This document shows, one piece after another, positions 18,071-18,096 of a DNA stretch of 18,096 bases. Under the pieces are notes generated by a model. The model was given only the letters and a program-made list of their open reading frames with translations, did no database searches and was not told the DNA's origin. The translations under genes and the position numbers were made by a program. The stretch lies in the NCBI RefSeq assembly GCF_006345805.1, contig NW_021824542.1, positions 1-18,096 on the forward strand, given 5' to 3'. The stretch comes from Octopus sinensis. Taxonomy: Eukaryota. Each line of letters opens with the position of its first letter. Position 1 is the stretch's first letter.

Positions 18071-18096
18071 GTGTGAATAGTAAGTTAAGGTATAGA

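Overview
Repeat-dense, AT-rich eukaryotic non-coding DNA (intronic or intergenic). The SINE repertoire and microsatellite load point to an octopus (coleoid cephalopod) genome; this is an inference from recalled repeat families, not a search result. No intact protein-coding gene is supportable. Almost all supplied ORFs are microsatellite artefacts; the exception is a 45-codon relic of a restriction-like-endonuclease (RLE) non-LTR retrotransposon. The window holds two tRNA-derived SINE families. 'SINE-A' has a Deu/Nin-like core and forms tandem or nested arrays. 'SINE-B' is bipartite with an internal microsatellite. Also present are a pogo/Tc1-type MITE interrupted by a SINE, a probable non-autonomous Helitron, a complex inverted duplication (8955-9662) and long simple repeats. 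The most interesting signal is a set of short, ORF-less segments carrying hammerhead-ribozyme (HHR) motifs of the Penelope-like-element type. One has a fully intact type I core (9688-9752), three are broken or degenerate, and one (4800-4861, minus) has all three stems in register but in a strand order that is not type I, II or III.
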